Part shown: positions 1-9,935 of the stretch, one piece after another
Layout: each line of letters begins with the position of its first letter
Numbering within the stretch: the stretch's first letter is position 1
DNA from: Anaeromyxobacter sp.
GTDB lineage: Bacteria > Myxococcota > Myxococcia > Myxococcales > Anaeromyxobacteraceae
Direction: 5' to 3'
NCBI GenBank assembly: GCA_035541675.1
Contig: DATKMW010000063.1
Coordinates: forward strand, 1,771-65,770
Length of the DNA: 64,000 nt
Program-made: the position numbers and the translations under genes
Notes under the pieces: model-generated
What the model was told of the DNA's origin: nothing
Databases searched by the model: none
Seen by the model: the letters and a program-made list of their open reading frames with translations, nothing else

Positions 1-1
1 G

Positions 2-1000
2 CACCCGCTCCTCTCGCAGTGGGTCATCACCGCCACGCACCGGCAGGAGCGCACCTTCCTGCCCCCCGACGACTATTGCCCGCTCTGCCCCACCAGGCCG
101 GGCGGCTTCCCCACCGAGGTGCCGGCCGAGGACTACGACATCGTGGTCTTCGAGAACAAGTTCCCCTCCCTGCAGGCGGTGCCTCCCGAGCCGGCGGTCG
201 CGGGGAGCGAGCTCACCCCGGTCTCGCCGGCGCGGGGCGTCTGCGAGGTGGTCCTCTATTCCTCGGACCACCGGTCCTCGCTCACCACCATGCCGGTCCG
301 TCGCATCGCCAACCTGGCCCGGGTCTGGAGGGACCGGACCCGGGTCCTGGGCGCACGCGAGGACGTCGACTACGTCTTCGTCTTCGAGAACAAGGGCGAG
401 GCGGTGGGGGTGACCCTCCACCACCCGCACGGCCAGATCTACGGCTTCTCCTTCGTCCCGCCCATCGTGCAGAAGGAGCTGGAGGCTTCCCGGGCGCACC
501 GGGAGCGGCACGGCCGCTGCCTGTTCTGCGACTGCCTCTCGGCCGAGCTGGCCGACGGCCGGCGGGTGGTGCTGGAGGGGGAGCGGTGGGTGGCCTTCAT
601 CCCCTTCTTCGCCCGCTATCCCTACGAGGTCTATCTCGCTCCCCGGGCCCACCAGGGATCGATGGTCGAGTGGAGCGAGGCCGACGTCGAGGACCTCGCC
701 GTGGTGCTGAAGGGGCTCTTGGTCAAGTACGACGCCCTCTTCGACAAGCCCTTCCCCTACCTGATGGTGTGCCACCAGGCACCGGTGGACGGGGCTCTCC
801 ACCCGGAGTTCCACCTGCACTTCGAGTTCTACCCGCCGCTGCGCACCGCCACCAAGCTCAAGTTCCTGGCCGGCTGCGAGGCGGGGGCGGGGAACTTCAT
901 CAACGACAAGCTGGCCGAGGAGAGCGCCGCCGAGCTGCGGCGGGTGGGTCCACAGAGCGCCGCCCAGGTCCGGCGCGAGGAGGCATCCTCCGGGGGCTGA
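2..1000 (+). CDS. galT: Galactose-1-phosphate uridylyltransferase (5'-truncated by window edge)
   Basis: Frame is open from base 2 (HPLLSQWVITATHRQERTF...CPLCP). Contains FENKFPSL, CEVVLYS, FENKG and the active-site HPHGQ. Lies upstream of galK. Confidence 0.93.
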   Translation, partial: HPLLSQWVITATHRQERTFLPPDDYCPLCPTRPGGFPTEVPAEDYDIVVFENKFPSLQAVPPEPAVAGSELTPVSPARGVCEVVLYSSDHRSSLTTMPVRRIANLARVWRDRTRVLGAREDVDYVFVFENKGEAVGVTLHHPHGQIYGFSFVPPIVQKELEASRAHRERHGRCLFCDCLSAELADGRRVVLEGERWVAFIPFFARYPYEVYLAPRAHQGSMVEWSEADVEDLAVVLKGLLVKYDALFDKPFPYLMVCHQAPVDGALHPEFHLHFEFYPPLRTATKLKFLAGCEAGAGNFINDKLAEESAAELRRVGPQSAAQVRREEASSGG

Positions 1001-1034
1001 GATCGGCGTCCACGGAGCGGGAGGGGTGGAAGAG

Positions 1035-2177
<1,143 letters not shown>

Positions 2178-2344
2178 AGGAGCTCGAAGGCAACAGAAAG
2201 AAGTTGTAGATAGCCAGCCTTCGAGCGAAAGTACGCGGCACCGCAGTGGCACCAGCTGTCATCAAGAAACGTTCCTCGCCAGGGCAACCGTGGCTCTCAA
2301 GCCCCTGGCGCTCTCCGTCCCTGCATCATCCGGGAGGCAACGCA

Positions 2345-3340
2345 ATGAAGAAGATCGCAATCCTCGCCGTGGTCGCTGGCGCCGTGCTGGCCGGCCTCGC
2401 CGTCGCCGCCGACCTTCCGACCATCGGCTGCGCCATCTACAAGTTCGACGACACCTTCATGACCGGCGTGCGCAACTCCATCCTGAAGACCGCCGAGGGC
2501 AAGGCCAAGGTCGACATGGTCGACAGCCAGAACTCCCAGGCCACCCAGAACGACAAGGTCGACCTGTTCATCACCAAGAAGGTGAAGGCCCTGGCCATCA
2601 ACCCCGTCGACCGCGCCGCCGCCGCCGTCATCGTCCAGAAGGCCAAGGCCGCGGGCGTCCCGGTGGTGTTCTTCAACCGCGAGCCCTTCAAGGACGACAT
2701 GGCCAAGTACGACAAGGCCTACTACGTCGGCGCCATCGCCGAGCAGTCGGGCACCATGGAGGGCAAGCTGGCGGCGGACTACTGGAAGGCGCACCCCGAG
2801 GCGGACCTGAACAAGGACGGCGTCATGCAGTACGTCATGCTCAAGGGCGAGCCGGGCCACCAGGACGCCGAGCTCCGCACCAAGTTCTCCATCAAGGCCG
2901 TCAACGACGCCGGCATCAAGACCGAGAAGCTGGCCGAGGACACCGGCATGTGGGACCGCGTGAAGGGCCAGGAGAAGATGGCCGCCTTCCTGGCCGCCCA
3001 CCCCAACATCGAGTTCGTGTTCGCCAACAACGACGACATGGCCCTCGGCGCCATCGAGGCCCTCAAGGCCGCCGGCTACTTCAAGGGCGGCAAGTTCATG
3101 CCGGTGGTCGGCGTCGACGCCACCGCCCCGGCGCTCGCTGCGCTCAAGGACGGCACCCTGCTCGGCACCGTGCTGAACGACGCCAAGAACCAGGGCGCCG
3201 CCACCGCCAAGCTGTCCATGGTGCTCGCCGCCGGCCAGGCGCCCTCCAAGGCCAACGTCGGCTACGAGATCAAGGACGGCAAGTACATCTGGGTCGACTA
3301 CAAGCCCATCACCAAGGACAACATGGCCGAGGCGCAGTAG
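2345..3340 (+). CDS. mglB: Galactose/glucose ABC transporter periplasmic binding protein
   Basis: SD ggagg; signal peptide MKKIAIL...AVA; IYKFDDTFMTGVR; Ca-binding loop DLNKDGVMQ; FANNDDMALGA; VVGVDA; LGTVLNDA. Confidence 0.9.
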   Translation: MKKIAILAVVAGAVLAGLAVAADLPTIGCAIYKFDDTFMTGVRNSILKTAEGKAKVDMVDSQNSQATQNDKVDLFITKKVKALAINPVDRAAAAVIVQKAKAAGVPVVFFNREPFKDDMAKYDKAYYVGAIAEQSGTMEGKLAADYWKAHPEADLNKDGVMQYVMLKGEPGHQDAELRTKFSIKAVNDAGIKTEKLAEDTGMWDRVKGQEKMAAFLAAHPNIEFVFANNDDMALGAIEALKAAGYFKGGKFMPVVGVDATAPALAALKDGTLLGTVLNDAKNQGAATAKLSMVLAAGQAPSKANVGYEIKDGKYIWVDYKPITKDNMAEAQ

Positions 3341-3372
3341 CGCTTTACCAGGTTCGCCGAGGGAGTAATCTG

Positions 3373-3403
3373 CAGGGGGGCGATCGATGCGATCGCCCCC
3401 CTG
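3373..3403. terminator. Perfect 14-bp hairpin between mglB and mglA (stabiliser or partial terminator)
   Basis: caggggggcgatcg-atg-cgatcgcccccctg; no U-tract follows. Confidence 0.6.
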
Positions 3404-3438
3404 TCTCGTATCCGCCGCTCGATGGAGGAGCCCACCCC

Positions 3439-4950
3439 GTGAGCCCCAACGGCTTCCTGCTGGAGATGAGGAACGTCTCGAAGGAGTTCCCGGGCGTGAG
3501 GGCCCTCGACGACGTCACGCTCCAGGTCAGGTCCGGGACGGTGCACGCCCTCATGGGCGAGAACGGCGCCGGGAAGTCGACCCTGATGAAGTGCCTGTTC
3601 GGGCTGTACTGGCCGGACAGCGGCGAGATCGTCCTGGAGGGGAAGCCCGTCAAGATCACCGAGCCCAAGGTCGCCCTGGGCCACGGCATCTCGATGATCC
3701 ACCAGGAGCTGCACCCCATCCCTCACCGCAGCGTGATGGAGAACATCTGGCTGGGGCGGTTCCCGCTCCGGAAGATCGGGCCCTTGCCCTTCGTGGATCA
3801 CCGGGCCATGTACCGGGCGACCGAGGCGCTCTTCAAGGACCTGGGGATCTCGATCGACCCTGCCACCCGGCTCGGGAACCTCTCGGTCTCCAAGATCCAG
3901 TCGGTCGAGATCGCCAAGGCGGTCTCCTACAGCTCCAAGGTCATCGTGATGGACGAGCCCACCTCGTCCCTGACCGAGAACGAGGTGGACCACCTCTTCC
4001 GGATCATCCGGGACCTCAAGGGGCGGGGCGTCGCCATCATCTACATCTCCCACAAGATGGAGGAGATCCTGAAGATCTCCGACGAGGTCACCATCATGCG
4101 GGACGGGAAGCGGGTGACCACCTCTCCCGCCAGCGAGCTCACCGAGGACCTCATCATCCGCCACATGGTGGGGCGCGACCTGACCCACCGGTTCCCGGAG
4201 CGCCACAACGAGCCCGGCGAGGTGGTGCTCAAGGTCGAGGGGCTCACGTCGCCCGCGGCCAAGTCCTTCCGGAACGTCTCCTTCGAGCTGCGCAGGGGCG
4301 AGATCCTGGGGATCGGCGGCCTGGTCGGCGCACAGCGGACCGAGCTGGTCGAGGCGCTATTCGGGATGCGGGCGGTCACCGCCGGGACCGTGAAGCTGCG
4401 GGGCGAGGACGCGCTGGTCGAGACGCCCGCCCGCGCCAAGAAGCTGGGGATGGCGCTGCTCACCGAGGATCGGCGGGGCTCGGGCATCTTCCCCGCGCTC
4501 TCGGTCCTCGAGAACAGCCTCATCGCCGACCTGCGTCGCTACGTCCACTTCATGCTCATCGACGACCGGGCGCGGCGCGCCGCCGGGAGCCGGATGGTGG
4601 AGCGGCTGCGGGTCAAGACACCGTCCCTGGCCACTCTGATGCGAGACCTCTCGGGCGGCAACCAGCAGAAGGTGCTCCTGGCCAGGTGGCTGCTGACGGA
4701 GCCGGACATCCTGCTGCTCGACGAGCCGACCCGTGGCATCGACGTCGGTGCGAAGTTCGAGATCTACACGATCATCACCGAGCTGGCGAAGCAGGGGAAG
4801 AGCATCGTCATGATCTCCTCGGAGATGCCCGAGCTGCTCGGGATGTCCGACCGGATCATGGTGATGTGCGAGGGGCGCGTGTCCGGGTTCCTGGAAGGGA
4901 AGAGCGCGAGCCAGGAGGAGATCATGCGGCTCGCTGCCCAGTTCATGTGA
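3439..4950 (+). CDS. mglA: Sugar ABC transporter ATP-binding protein, two ABC domains
   Basis: GTG start with SD ggagga; Walker A GENGAGKST; MDEPTSS; LSGGNQQK; LDEPTRGIDVG. The 886-aa track ORF is a spurious upstream extension. Confidence 0.9.
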   Translation: MSPNGFLLEMRNVSKEFPGVRALDDVTLQVRSGTVHALMGENGAGKSTLMKCLFGLYWPDSGEIVLEGKPVKITEPKVALGHGISMIHQELHPIPHRSVMENIWLGRFPLRKIGPLPFVDHRAMYRATEALFKDLGISIDPATRLGNLSVSKIQSVEIAKAVSYSSKVIVMDEPTSSLTENEVDHLFRIIRDLKGRGVAIIYISHKMEEILKISDEVTIMRDGKRVTTSPASELTEDLIIRHMVGRDLTHRFPERHNEPGEVVLKVEGLTSPAAKSFRNVSFELRRGEILGIGGLVGAQRTELVEALFGMRAVTAGTVKLRGEDALVETPARAKKLGMALLTEDRRGSGIFPALSVLENSLIADLRRYVHFMLIDDRARRAAGSRMVERLRVKTPSLATLMRDLSGGNQQKVLLARWLLTEPDILLLDEPTRGIDVGAKFEIYTIITELAKQGKSIVMISSEMPELLGMSDRIMVMCEGRVSGFLEGKSASQEEIMRLAAQFM

Positions 4951-4970
4951 GTCAGGAGGGCCTCCGATCC

Positions 4971-6059
4971 ATGGCCGTCACCGAGAAGCAGCTCAAGGAA
5001 GGCAAGCCCGAGGGCGCCCCGCTGTCCACGGGTCCCGGGACGGGCAAGAGGGTGCTCCGGGTCCTCTCGGACAACGCCATCCTGGCCGCGCTGATCGCGA
5101 TCGTGCTCCTCATCGCCGCCTACGACATGTGGAAGGGGGAGGGGACGTTCCTCTCGCTGTCCACCCTGCGCAACGTCCTCATCCACAACTCGACCCGCGT
5201 CATCGTGGCCATGGGGGCGGCCTTCGCCATCCTGACGGCGGGCGCCGACCTGTCGGCGGGCCGCATGGTGGGGATCGCGGCGGTGCTCTCGGCCTCGATG
5301 CTGCAGGCGCCCGACTACCTGCGCCTCTTCTACCCCAACCTCCCCCAGCTCCCGCTCTTCCTCCCCATCCTGGCAGCCATCGCCGCCTGCGCCGCGTTCG
5401 GATTCATCAACGGCTGGGTGATCGCCCAGTTCGGCGTGGCCCCGTTCATCGCCACCCTGGGCAGCTACGCGGCCATCTACGGCATCAACTCCAAGTACTT
5501 CAACATGGAGCCCAACAGCTCGCAGCCCATCGGCGGCCTGCGCGCCGACTTCACCGGGCTCGGCACCGGGGCCATCGGGAGCGGCCTCTTCTCGCTCCCC
5601 TACATCGTGCTCATCGCCGCGGCCGTGGCCGTGTTCATGTGGGTCCTCATGAACAAGACGCCCTTCGGCAAGAACGTCTACGCCATCGGCGGCAACGTCA
5701 ACGCGGCCAAGGTGTCCGGCATCAACGTCTACTGGACCATCATCATCATGTACTCCATCGCCGGGTCGCTGTACGGGCTGGCCGGCGTGCTCGAGGCCGG
5801 ACGCACCGGTGGGGCGACCAACAACTACGGCAACATGTACGAGCTCGACGCCATCGCCTCCTGCGTGGTGGGCGGCGTCTCGGTGACCGGAGGCATCGGG
5901 ACCATCCCCGGGATCGTGGTCGGGGTGCTCATCTTCGGCGTCATCAACTACGGCCTGACGTTCATCAACGTCGACCCCTACTGGCAGCAGATCATCAAGG
6001 GCGTCATCATCGTCGCCGCCGTCTCCTTCGACGTGCGCAAGTACGTCGCCAAGAAATGA
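4971..6059 (+). CDS. mglC: Galactoside ABC transporter permease
   Basis: SD aggagg; GADLSAGR, PFIATLG, T-x-FGKNVYAIGGN-x-AA-x-SGI, YELDAIASCVVGG; multiple hydrophobic segments. Confidence 0.88.
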   Translation: MAVTEKQLKEGKPEGAPLSTGPGTGKRVLRVLSDNAILAALIAIVLLIAAYDMWKGEGTFLSLSTLRNVLIHNSTRVIVAMGAAFAILTAGADLSAGRMVGIAAVLSASMLQAPDYLRLFYPNLPQLPLFLPILAAIAACAAFGFINGWVIAQFGVAPFIATLGSYAAIYGINSKYFNMEPNSSQPIGGLRADFTGLGTGAIGSGLFSLPYIVLIAAAVAVFMWVLMNKTPFGKNVYAIGGNVNAAKVSGINVYWTIIIMYSIAGSLYGLAGVLEAGRTGGATNNYGNMYELDAIASCVVGGVSVTGGIGTIPGIVVGVLIFGVINYGLTFINVDPYWQQIIKGVIIVAAVSFDVRKYVAKK

Positions 6060-6107
6060 AGGGGCCGCGGTCAACCGCCGGAAAGCAGGCGAATATCCCG
6101 GTTTCAC

Positions 6108-6136
6108 TTGACTTTTTGGCGAGCCCGGGCTATGCA
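6108..6136 (+). promoter_or_regulatory. Sigma70-type promoter with no downstream CDS
   Basis: TTGACT-N17-TATGCA in the convergent mglC/GGDEF gap. Confidence 0.55.
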
Positions 6137-6139
6137 TCC

Positions 6140-6275
6140 TCGCCGCGACGGGCGGGCGGCTCACCCGTGCCGGCCCGTCGATGACGAGGGCAGCCGCTAC
6201 TACGCGCCAGGGCGGGGCGGAACCCGGCAGTCGTCGTCAGCGGGGCCAGGGGCGATGGCGCCCCTGGCCCCGCGG
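6140..6275 (+). ncRNA. Candidate small RNA with three consecutive stem-loops
   Basis: Follows the promoter at 6108. Stems gacgggc/gcccgtc (6147-6179), gatgacga/tcgtcgtc (6180-6238) and a 15-bp stem (6240-6273). No credible ORF and no family I recognise. Confidence 0.4.
6240..6273. terminator. Perfect 15-bp hairpin between convergent genes
   Basis: gcggggccaggggcg-atgg-cgcccctggccccgc; no clear U-tract. Confidence 0.65.
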
Positions 6276-6280
6276 CCTTC

Positions 6281-7648
6281 TCAGAAGTTCCGCTCGCCCG
6301 CCGGCACGGGCGGCAGATCCCGCGACGCCATGTAGACCACGTTCCGGCTGGACCGCTTGCCGCGGTACATGGCCCGGTCGGCGAGGTCGAGGATCTCCGC
6401 CTTGCTCTGGGCGTGCTCGGGGAAGCTGGCCAGGCCGATCGAGCAGGTGACGCGGACGCGCGAGCCCTCGCGGGAGAGGAAGCGGTGGTCCTCGACGGCC
6501 CGCCGGATCCGCTCCGCGACCTTGAGGCCCCCGCCGGAGTCGATGCCCACGAGCAGCATGACGTACTCGTCCCCGCCGTAGCGGACCAAGACGTCGTCGT
6601 CGCGCACGCAGGAGCGGAGGACGCGAGCCACCTCCACCAGCAGCCGCGATCCCGACAGGTGCCCGTACTCGTCGTTCACCGCCTTGAAGCGGTCGAGGTC
6701 CATGAAGAGGACGGTGAACGGGCGGCCACCCTGCATCTCGCGATCGAGCACCAGGTCGAGGTAGCGGGTGTTGAAGAGGTGGGTGAGATCGTCGAGGTAG
6801 GCGAGGTGCTCGACCTGCTTGAGGCGCCCCAGGTTGCGCAGGGCCAGCCCCAGGTTTCGGCAGAGGAAGGCCGCCGCCTCGGCGCCCGGCCCGTCGAGCT
6901 CGCCCGCCACCAGCGCTGCCACCGCTCCCACCACCCGGCCCTCGTCGGTGACCGGCAGCAGCAGGGCCCGTGGGCCGATCTCGGTGAGGTCGCCGGGCAG
7001 GAGCTCCACCCGCTCCGGCTTCTCTCCCAGCCGGTCCAGCGTGGGCCGGCAGAGGCGCAGCAGGTCGGCGGCCGGCTCGTAGTCGATGCCGTGGGCGCCC
7101 GAGAGCACCCACTCGCCCCCGCTGGCCCGCTCGAAGAGGGCGGCGCCGGCGCTCCGGCAGGATCCGGCCACCGCCGAGAGCGCCACCGGGACCAGCGCGT
7201 CGCGGTCGAGGGTGGCGGCGATGCGCTGGCCCGCCTCGAAGAGCTTGAGGTGGGCGCGCAGGGACTTGTTCTCGTCGAGGAGCGCGCGGGTGGTGAGGCA
7301 GCGCTGCACCGCCAGCTGGAGCCCCTCCGGCGCCACCGGCTTCACCAGGTAGTCGCTGGCGCCCGACTTCATGGCCCGCACCGCCGGGTCGACCTTGTCC
7401 AGGGCGGTGAGGACCACCACCTCGAGGTTGGGATCCAGGCCCTTGGCGATGCCCATGAGGTCGAGCCCGGAGGAGCCCGGCAGGATCACGTCGGTGAGGA
7501 GCACGTCGAAGCGCCGCTGCTGGAGCAGGGCCAGGGCGGCCTCGGCGTCTTGGGCCACCTCGACGTCGTAGCCGGCGGTTCGCAGGTAGTCGGAGTAGAC
7601 GGTCCGCGCCAGGCGCTCGTCGTCGACGAGGAGGACCGACGCGCTCAT
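6281..7648 (-). CDS. Response regulator diguanylate cyclase (REC + GAF-like + GGDEF)
   Basis: VLLVDDE...LLTDVILPG...YLVKP receiver; DDLTHLFN, FMDLDRFKAVNDEYGHLSG, RDDD I-site, RYGGDEY, ADRAMY. Confidence 0.9.
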   Translation of the reverse strand: MSASVLLVDDERLARTVYSDYLRTAGYDVEVAQDAEAALALLQQRRFDVLLTDVILPGSSGLDLMGIAKGLDPNLEVVVLTALDKVDPAVRAMKSGASDYLVKPVAPEGLQLAVQRCLTTRALLDENKSLRAHLKLFEAGQRIAATLDRDALVPVALSAVAGSCRSAGAALFERASGGEWVLSGAHGIDYEPAADLLRLCRPTLDRLGEKPERVELLPGDLTEIGPRALLLPVTDEGRVVGAVAALVAGELDGPGAEAAAFLCRNLGLALRNLGRLKQVEHLAYLDDLTHLFNTRYLDLVLDREMQGGRPFTVLFMDLDRFKAVNDEYGHLSGSRLLVEVARVLRSCVRDDDVLVRYGGDEYVMLLVGIDSGGGLKVAERIRRAVEDHRFLSREGSRVRVTCSIGLASFPEHAQSKAEILDLADRAMYRGKRSSRNVVYMASRDLPPVPAGERNF

Positions 7649-7655
7649 CGCGACC

Positions 7656-7665
7656 TGTATATCAT
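7656..7665. promoter_or_regulatory. Overlapping divergent -10 elements (bidirectional promoter)
   Basis: TGTATATCAT core: TATCAT on + is 6 nt before ATG 7672; TATACA on - is 7 nt before ATG 7648. Confidence 0.55.
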
Positions 7666-7671
7666 GGCCGG

Positions 7672-8442
7672 ATGGACCTCCCCGCGGATCGCAAGGCGCT
7701 CGTCTTCTCGGCGGGCGGCGTCCGACTTGCGCTCCGGCTCTCCCACCTCCGGGAGATCGTGCCCGCACCCACGGAAGGGGGGGAGATCGTTGCCCGGGGC
7801 GAGGTCTACCCCACCGCCTTCGTGTCGACGGTCCTGGGGCTCCCCGGCGGTGCCACGCCGTTCGCTCTGCTCACCGAGGGTACGCCCCGCATGGCCCTGC
7901 GGGTGGAGGCGCTCCACGGGATCGTCGACCTGGCCGGGGCCGAGGTCTTCCAGCTCCCCGTCCCCACGCCGCTCCCCCAGCCGCCCCCCTTCACCGGCGT
8001 GGTGGTGGCCCGAGGAGAGGTGGCCCTGGAGCTGGCCGTGTCCAGCCTGGGCTTCGCACCGCTCGAGCCGGCGGTGGAGAACTCCGAGCCCCCGCCCGAC
8101 CTCGGGCCCTTCGCCGAGCGCGAGCTGCGCTTCTCCCGCGGCGGCGTCTGCTTCGCGGTGCCCCTCTCGCTCCTGGTGCAGGTGCTGGAGGAGCCAAGGC
8201 TCGCGCCGGTCCCGCTCACGCCCCCCTCCCACCGCGGCCTGCTGTACCACGCCCGCTCCCTGCACGCGGTGGTGGATCTCTCGCAGGTGTACGGGGTCGC
8301 CGCGCCAAGAACCGCGCACACCGTGCTCCTGCTCGACGCCGGCGGGACCGGCGTGGGGGTGGTGGCCGACCGGGTGTTCGGGGTCGGGGAGGGCGGCGAG
8401 GGCGTGGTGCGGCCGCCCTGGGACACGCTCTTCGGCGTGTAG
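7672..8442 (+). CDS. Protein with tandem CheW-like domains
   Basis: Two repeats of the F..GG..(L/F)A..L..(L/V)..I/V pattern; the second has PVPLTPP..RGLL...VVDL. Lies directly upstream of romR. Confidence 0.7.
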   Translation: MDLPADRKALVFSAGGVRLALRLSHLREIVPAPTEGGEIVARGEVYPTAFVSTVLGLPGGATPFALLTEGTPRMALRVEALHGIVDLAGAEVFQLPVPTPLPQPPPFTGVVVARGEVALELAVSSLGFAPLEPAVENSEPPPDLGPFAERELRFSRGGVCFAVPLSLLVQVLEEPRLAPVPLTPPSHRGLLYHARSLHAVVDLSQVYGVAAPRTAHTVLLLDAGGTGVGVVADRVFGVGEGGEGVVRPPWDTLFGV

Positions 8443-8490
8443 GCGCGGGCCACCCACAGGCGCCGAACCCCCGGATTGCCTGGGCAAATC

Positions 8491-8520
8491 TTGACACGTG
8501 GGGAAGGGGGGCGTTACTGG
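8491..8520 (+). promoter_or_regulatory. Candidate sigma70 promoter of romR
   Basis: Perfect TTGACA, then TACTGG after 18 nt (weak -10). Confidence 0.45.
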
Positions 8521-8558
8521 ATACGGCCCTCGATCCACCGCTGGGCCCCGGACTGCCC

Positions 8559-9935
8559 ATGCCCAAGAACCTGCTCCTCGCGGACGATTCGATCACCATC
8601 CAGAAGGTCGTGGGCATCACTTTCGCCAGCGAGGACTACCAGGTCGTCGCGGTGGACAACGGCGAGGACGCGGTGGCCAGGGCGCGCGAGCTCAAGCCCG
8701 ATGTGATCCTGGCCGACGTGGTCATGCCCAAGAAGAACGGGTACGAGCTGTGCGAGGCGGTGAAGGCCGACCCCGGCCTGGCCGGAATCCCGGTCCTGCT
8801 CCTGTCCGGCACCTTCGAGGCCTTCGACGAAGGGCGCGCCCAGGCAGCCGGCGCCGATGGCCACATCGCCAAGCCGTTCGAGAGCCAAGCCCTCATCAAC
8901 AAGGTGAAGGAGCTGGTCGAGGGTAAGGGCGCCGCTGCGCCGGCTCGCTCCGCGGCCGCCCCCGCCTCGCCCGCGGCGCGGCCCCCCTCGCCCGTGGCCC
9001 GGCCTGCCACGGCCCCGGCTCCCCGGCCCGCGCCGGCCCCTGCCGCCGGCCGTCCGATCGGGCCCGCCGTGCCTCCCGGGGCGCGTCCCCCCGGCCCGGG
9101 CCTCCCCCCCGGCGCACGTCCGCCGGGCCCCGGGATGTCCCCCGGAGCGCGGCCGGTCGGCGCGCCCAGGCCGGGCCCGTTCCCGCCTGGTGCGGCGGCG
9201 CGACCTCCCGCGGCGGGCATGCCCCCCGGCGCTCGTCCGCCCGCACCGGGGGTGCCTCCGGGCGCCGGCCCGCGCCCCGGGGCGCCGATGCCTCCTTCGG
9301 GCGCTCCGCGCCCGCTCGCGGTGGGCATGCCCCCCGGGCCGCGCCCCGGCCCCGGCCCGCTCCAGCCCGGCGCGCGCCCGCTCCCCGGTGCCGCCTCGCC
9401 GCGCCCGGCCGCCCCGCCGGCCCGGCCGGCCGCGCCGCAGCCGGCCGTGCGCCCGGCCGCCCGCAAGGACCCCTTCGGCCTCGGGGACGCGATCTCGGCG
9501 CCGCCCCCGGCCGGCGCACGGCCCGTGCCGGCCCCGCCCCCGCCGGCGCCCGCCGCGCCGAGCCTGGAGCTGCCCGAGGTCCCGAGCCTCGAGGTGAGCC
9601 TGGAGGAGGAGGTCCCGGCCACGCCGTCCGCGGCCAAGCCGGCCGCCGCCCCGGCGCCTGCCCCGGCCGCCCCTCCGCAGGCAGCTCTCGAGCTCCCCGA
9701 TGCCGGCGAGCTGCCCGAGCTGGCGCCGATGCACGAGTTCGTGCCGCCGGCCGAGTCGACCGGCCACAAGCCCGAGCCGAGGGCGGGCGACGGCGGCGAC
9801 GCCCTGCTGCGCGAGGCGCTGTCCAAGGCCTCCCGCGAGGTCATCGAGCGGGTGGTATGGGAGGTCGTGCCCCAGCTCGCCGAGACCATCATCCGCGAGA
9901 ACCTCGATCGCCTCGTACGGGAGCGGCAGAAGTAG
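8559..9935 (+). CDS. romR: RomR-like polarity response regulator
   Basis: N-terminal receiver (LLADDS, ILADVVMP, IAKPF); long Pro-rich linker; C-terminal LREALSKASREVIERVVWEVVPQLAETIIRENLDRL matches the RomR C-domain as I recall it; adjacent to valS. Confidence 0.85.
   Translation: MPKNLLLADDSITIQKVVGITFASEDYQVVAVDNGEDAVARARELKPDVILADVVMPKKNGYELCEAVKADPGLAGIPVLLLSGTFEAFDEGRAQAAGADGHIAKPFESQALINKVKELVEGKGAAAPARSAAAPASPAARPPSPVARPATAPAPRPAPAPAAGRPIGPAVPPGARPPGPGLPPGARPPGPGMSPGARPVGAPRPGPFPPGAAARPPAAGMPPGARPPAPGVPPGAGPRPGAPMPPSGAPRPLAVGMPPGPRPGPGPLQPGARPLPGAASPRPAAPPARPAAPQPAVRPAARKDPFGLGDAISAPPPAGARPVPAPPPPAPAAPSLELPEVPSLEVSLEEEVPATPSAAKPAAAPAPAPAAPPQAALELPDAGELPELAPMHEFVPPAESTGHKPEPRAGDGGDALLREALSKASREVIERVVWEVVPQLAETIIRENLDRLVRERQK
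9070..9400 (+). repeat. Degenerate PPGARPP(G/A)PG coding repeats in the RomR linker
   Basis: VPPGARPPGPGLPPGARPPGPGMSPGARP...MPPGARPPAPGVPPG. Confidence 0.7.

Noticed and set aside
2290-3438. 886-aa 'fusion' upstream of mglA, and similar merged ORFs (3387-6059, 20955-22433, 15845-18604, 27959-29968)
   Set aside because: The N-terminal parts are off-frame shadows of the preceding gene. The real starts have SDs or promoters further downstream.
6132-6450. Small + strand ORFs (6108-6335, 6181-6450) as the product of the orphan promoter; hammerhead-like TGACGAG
   Set aside because: One ATG lies inside the -10 and the other lacks an SD and runs deep antisense into the GGDEF gene. The hammerhead CUGANGA/GAAA core is incomplete.
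9070-9400. PPGARPP repeats as a CRISPR or novel repeat element
   Set aside because: They are degenerate coding repeats of the RomR Pro-rich linker, with no constant repeat/spacer structure.
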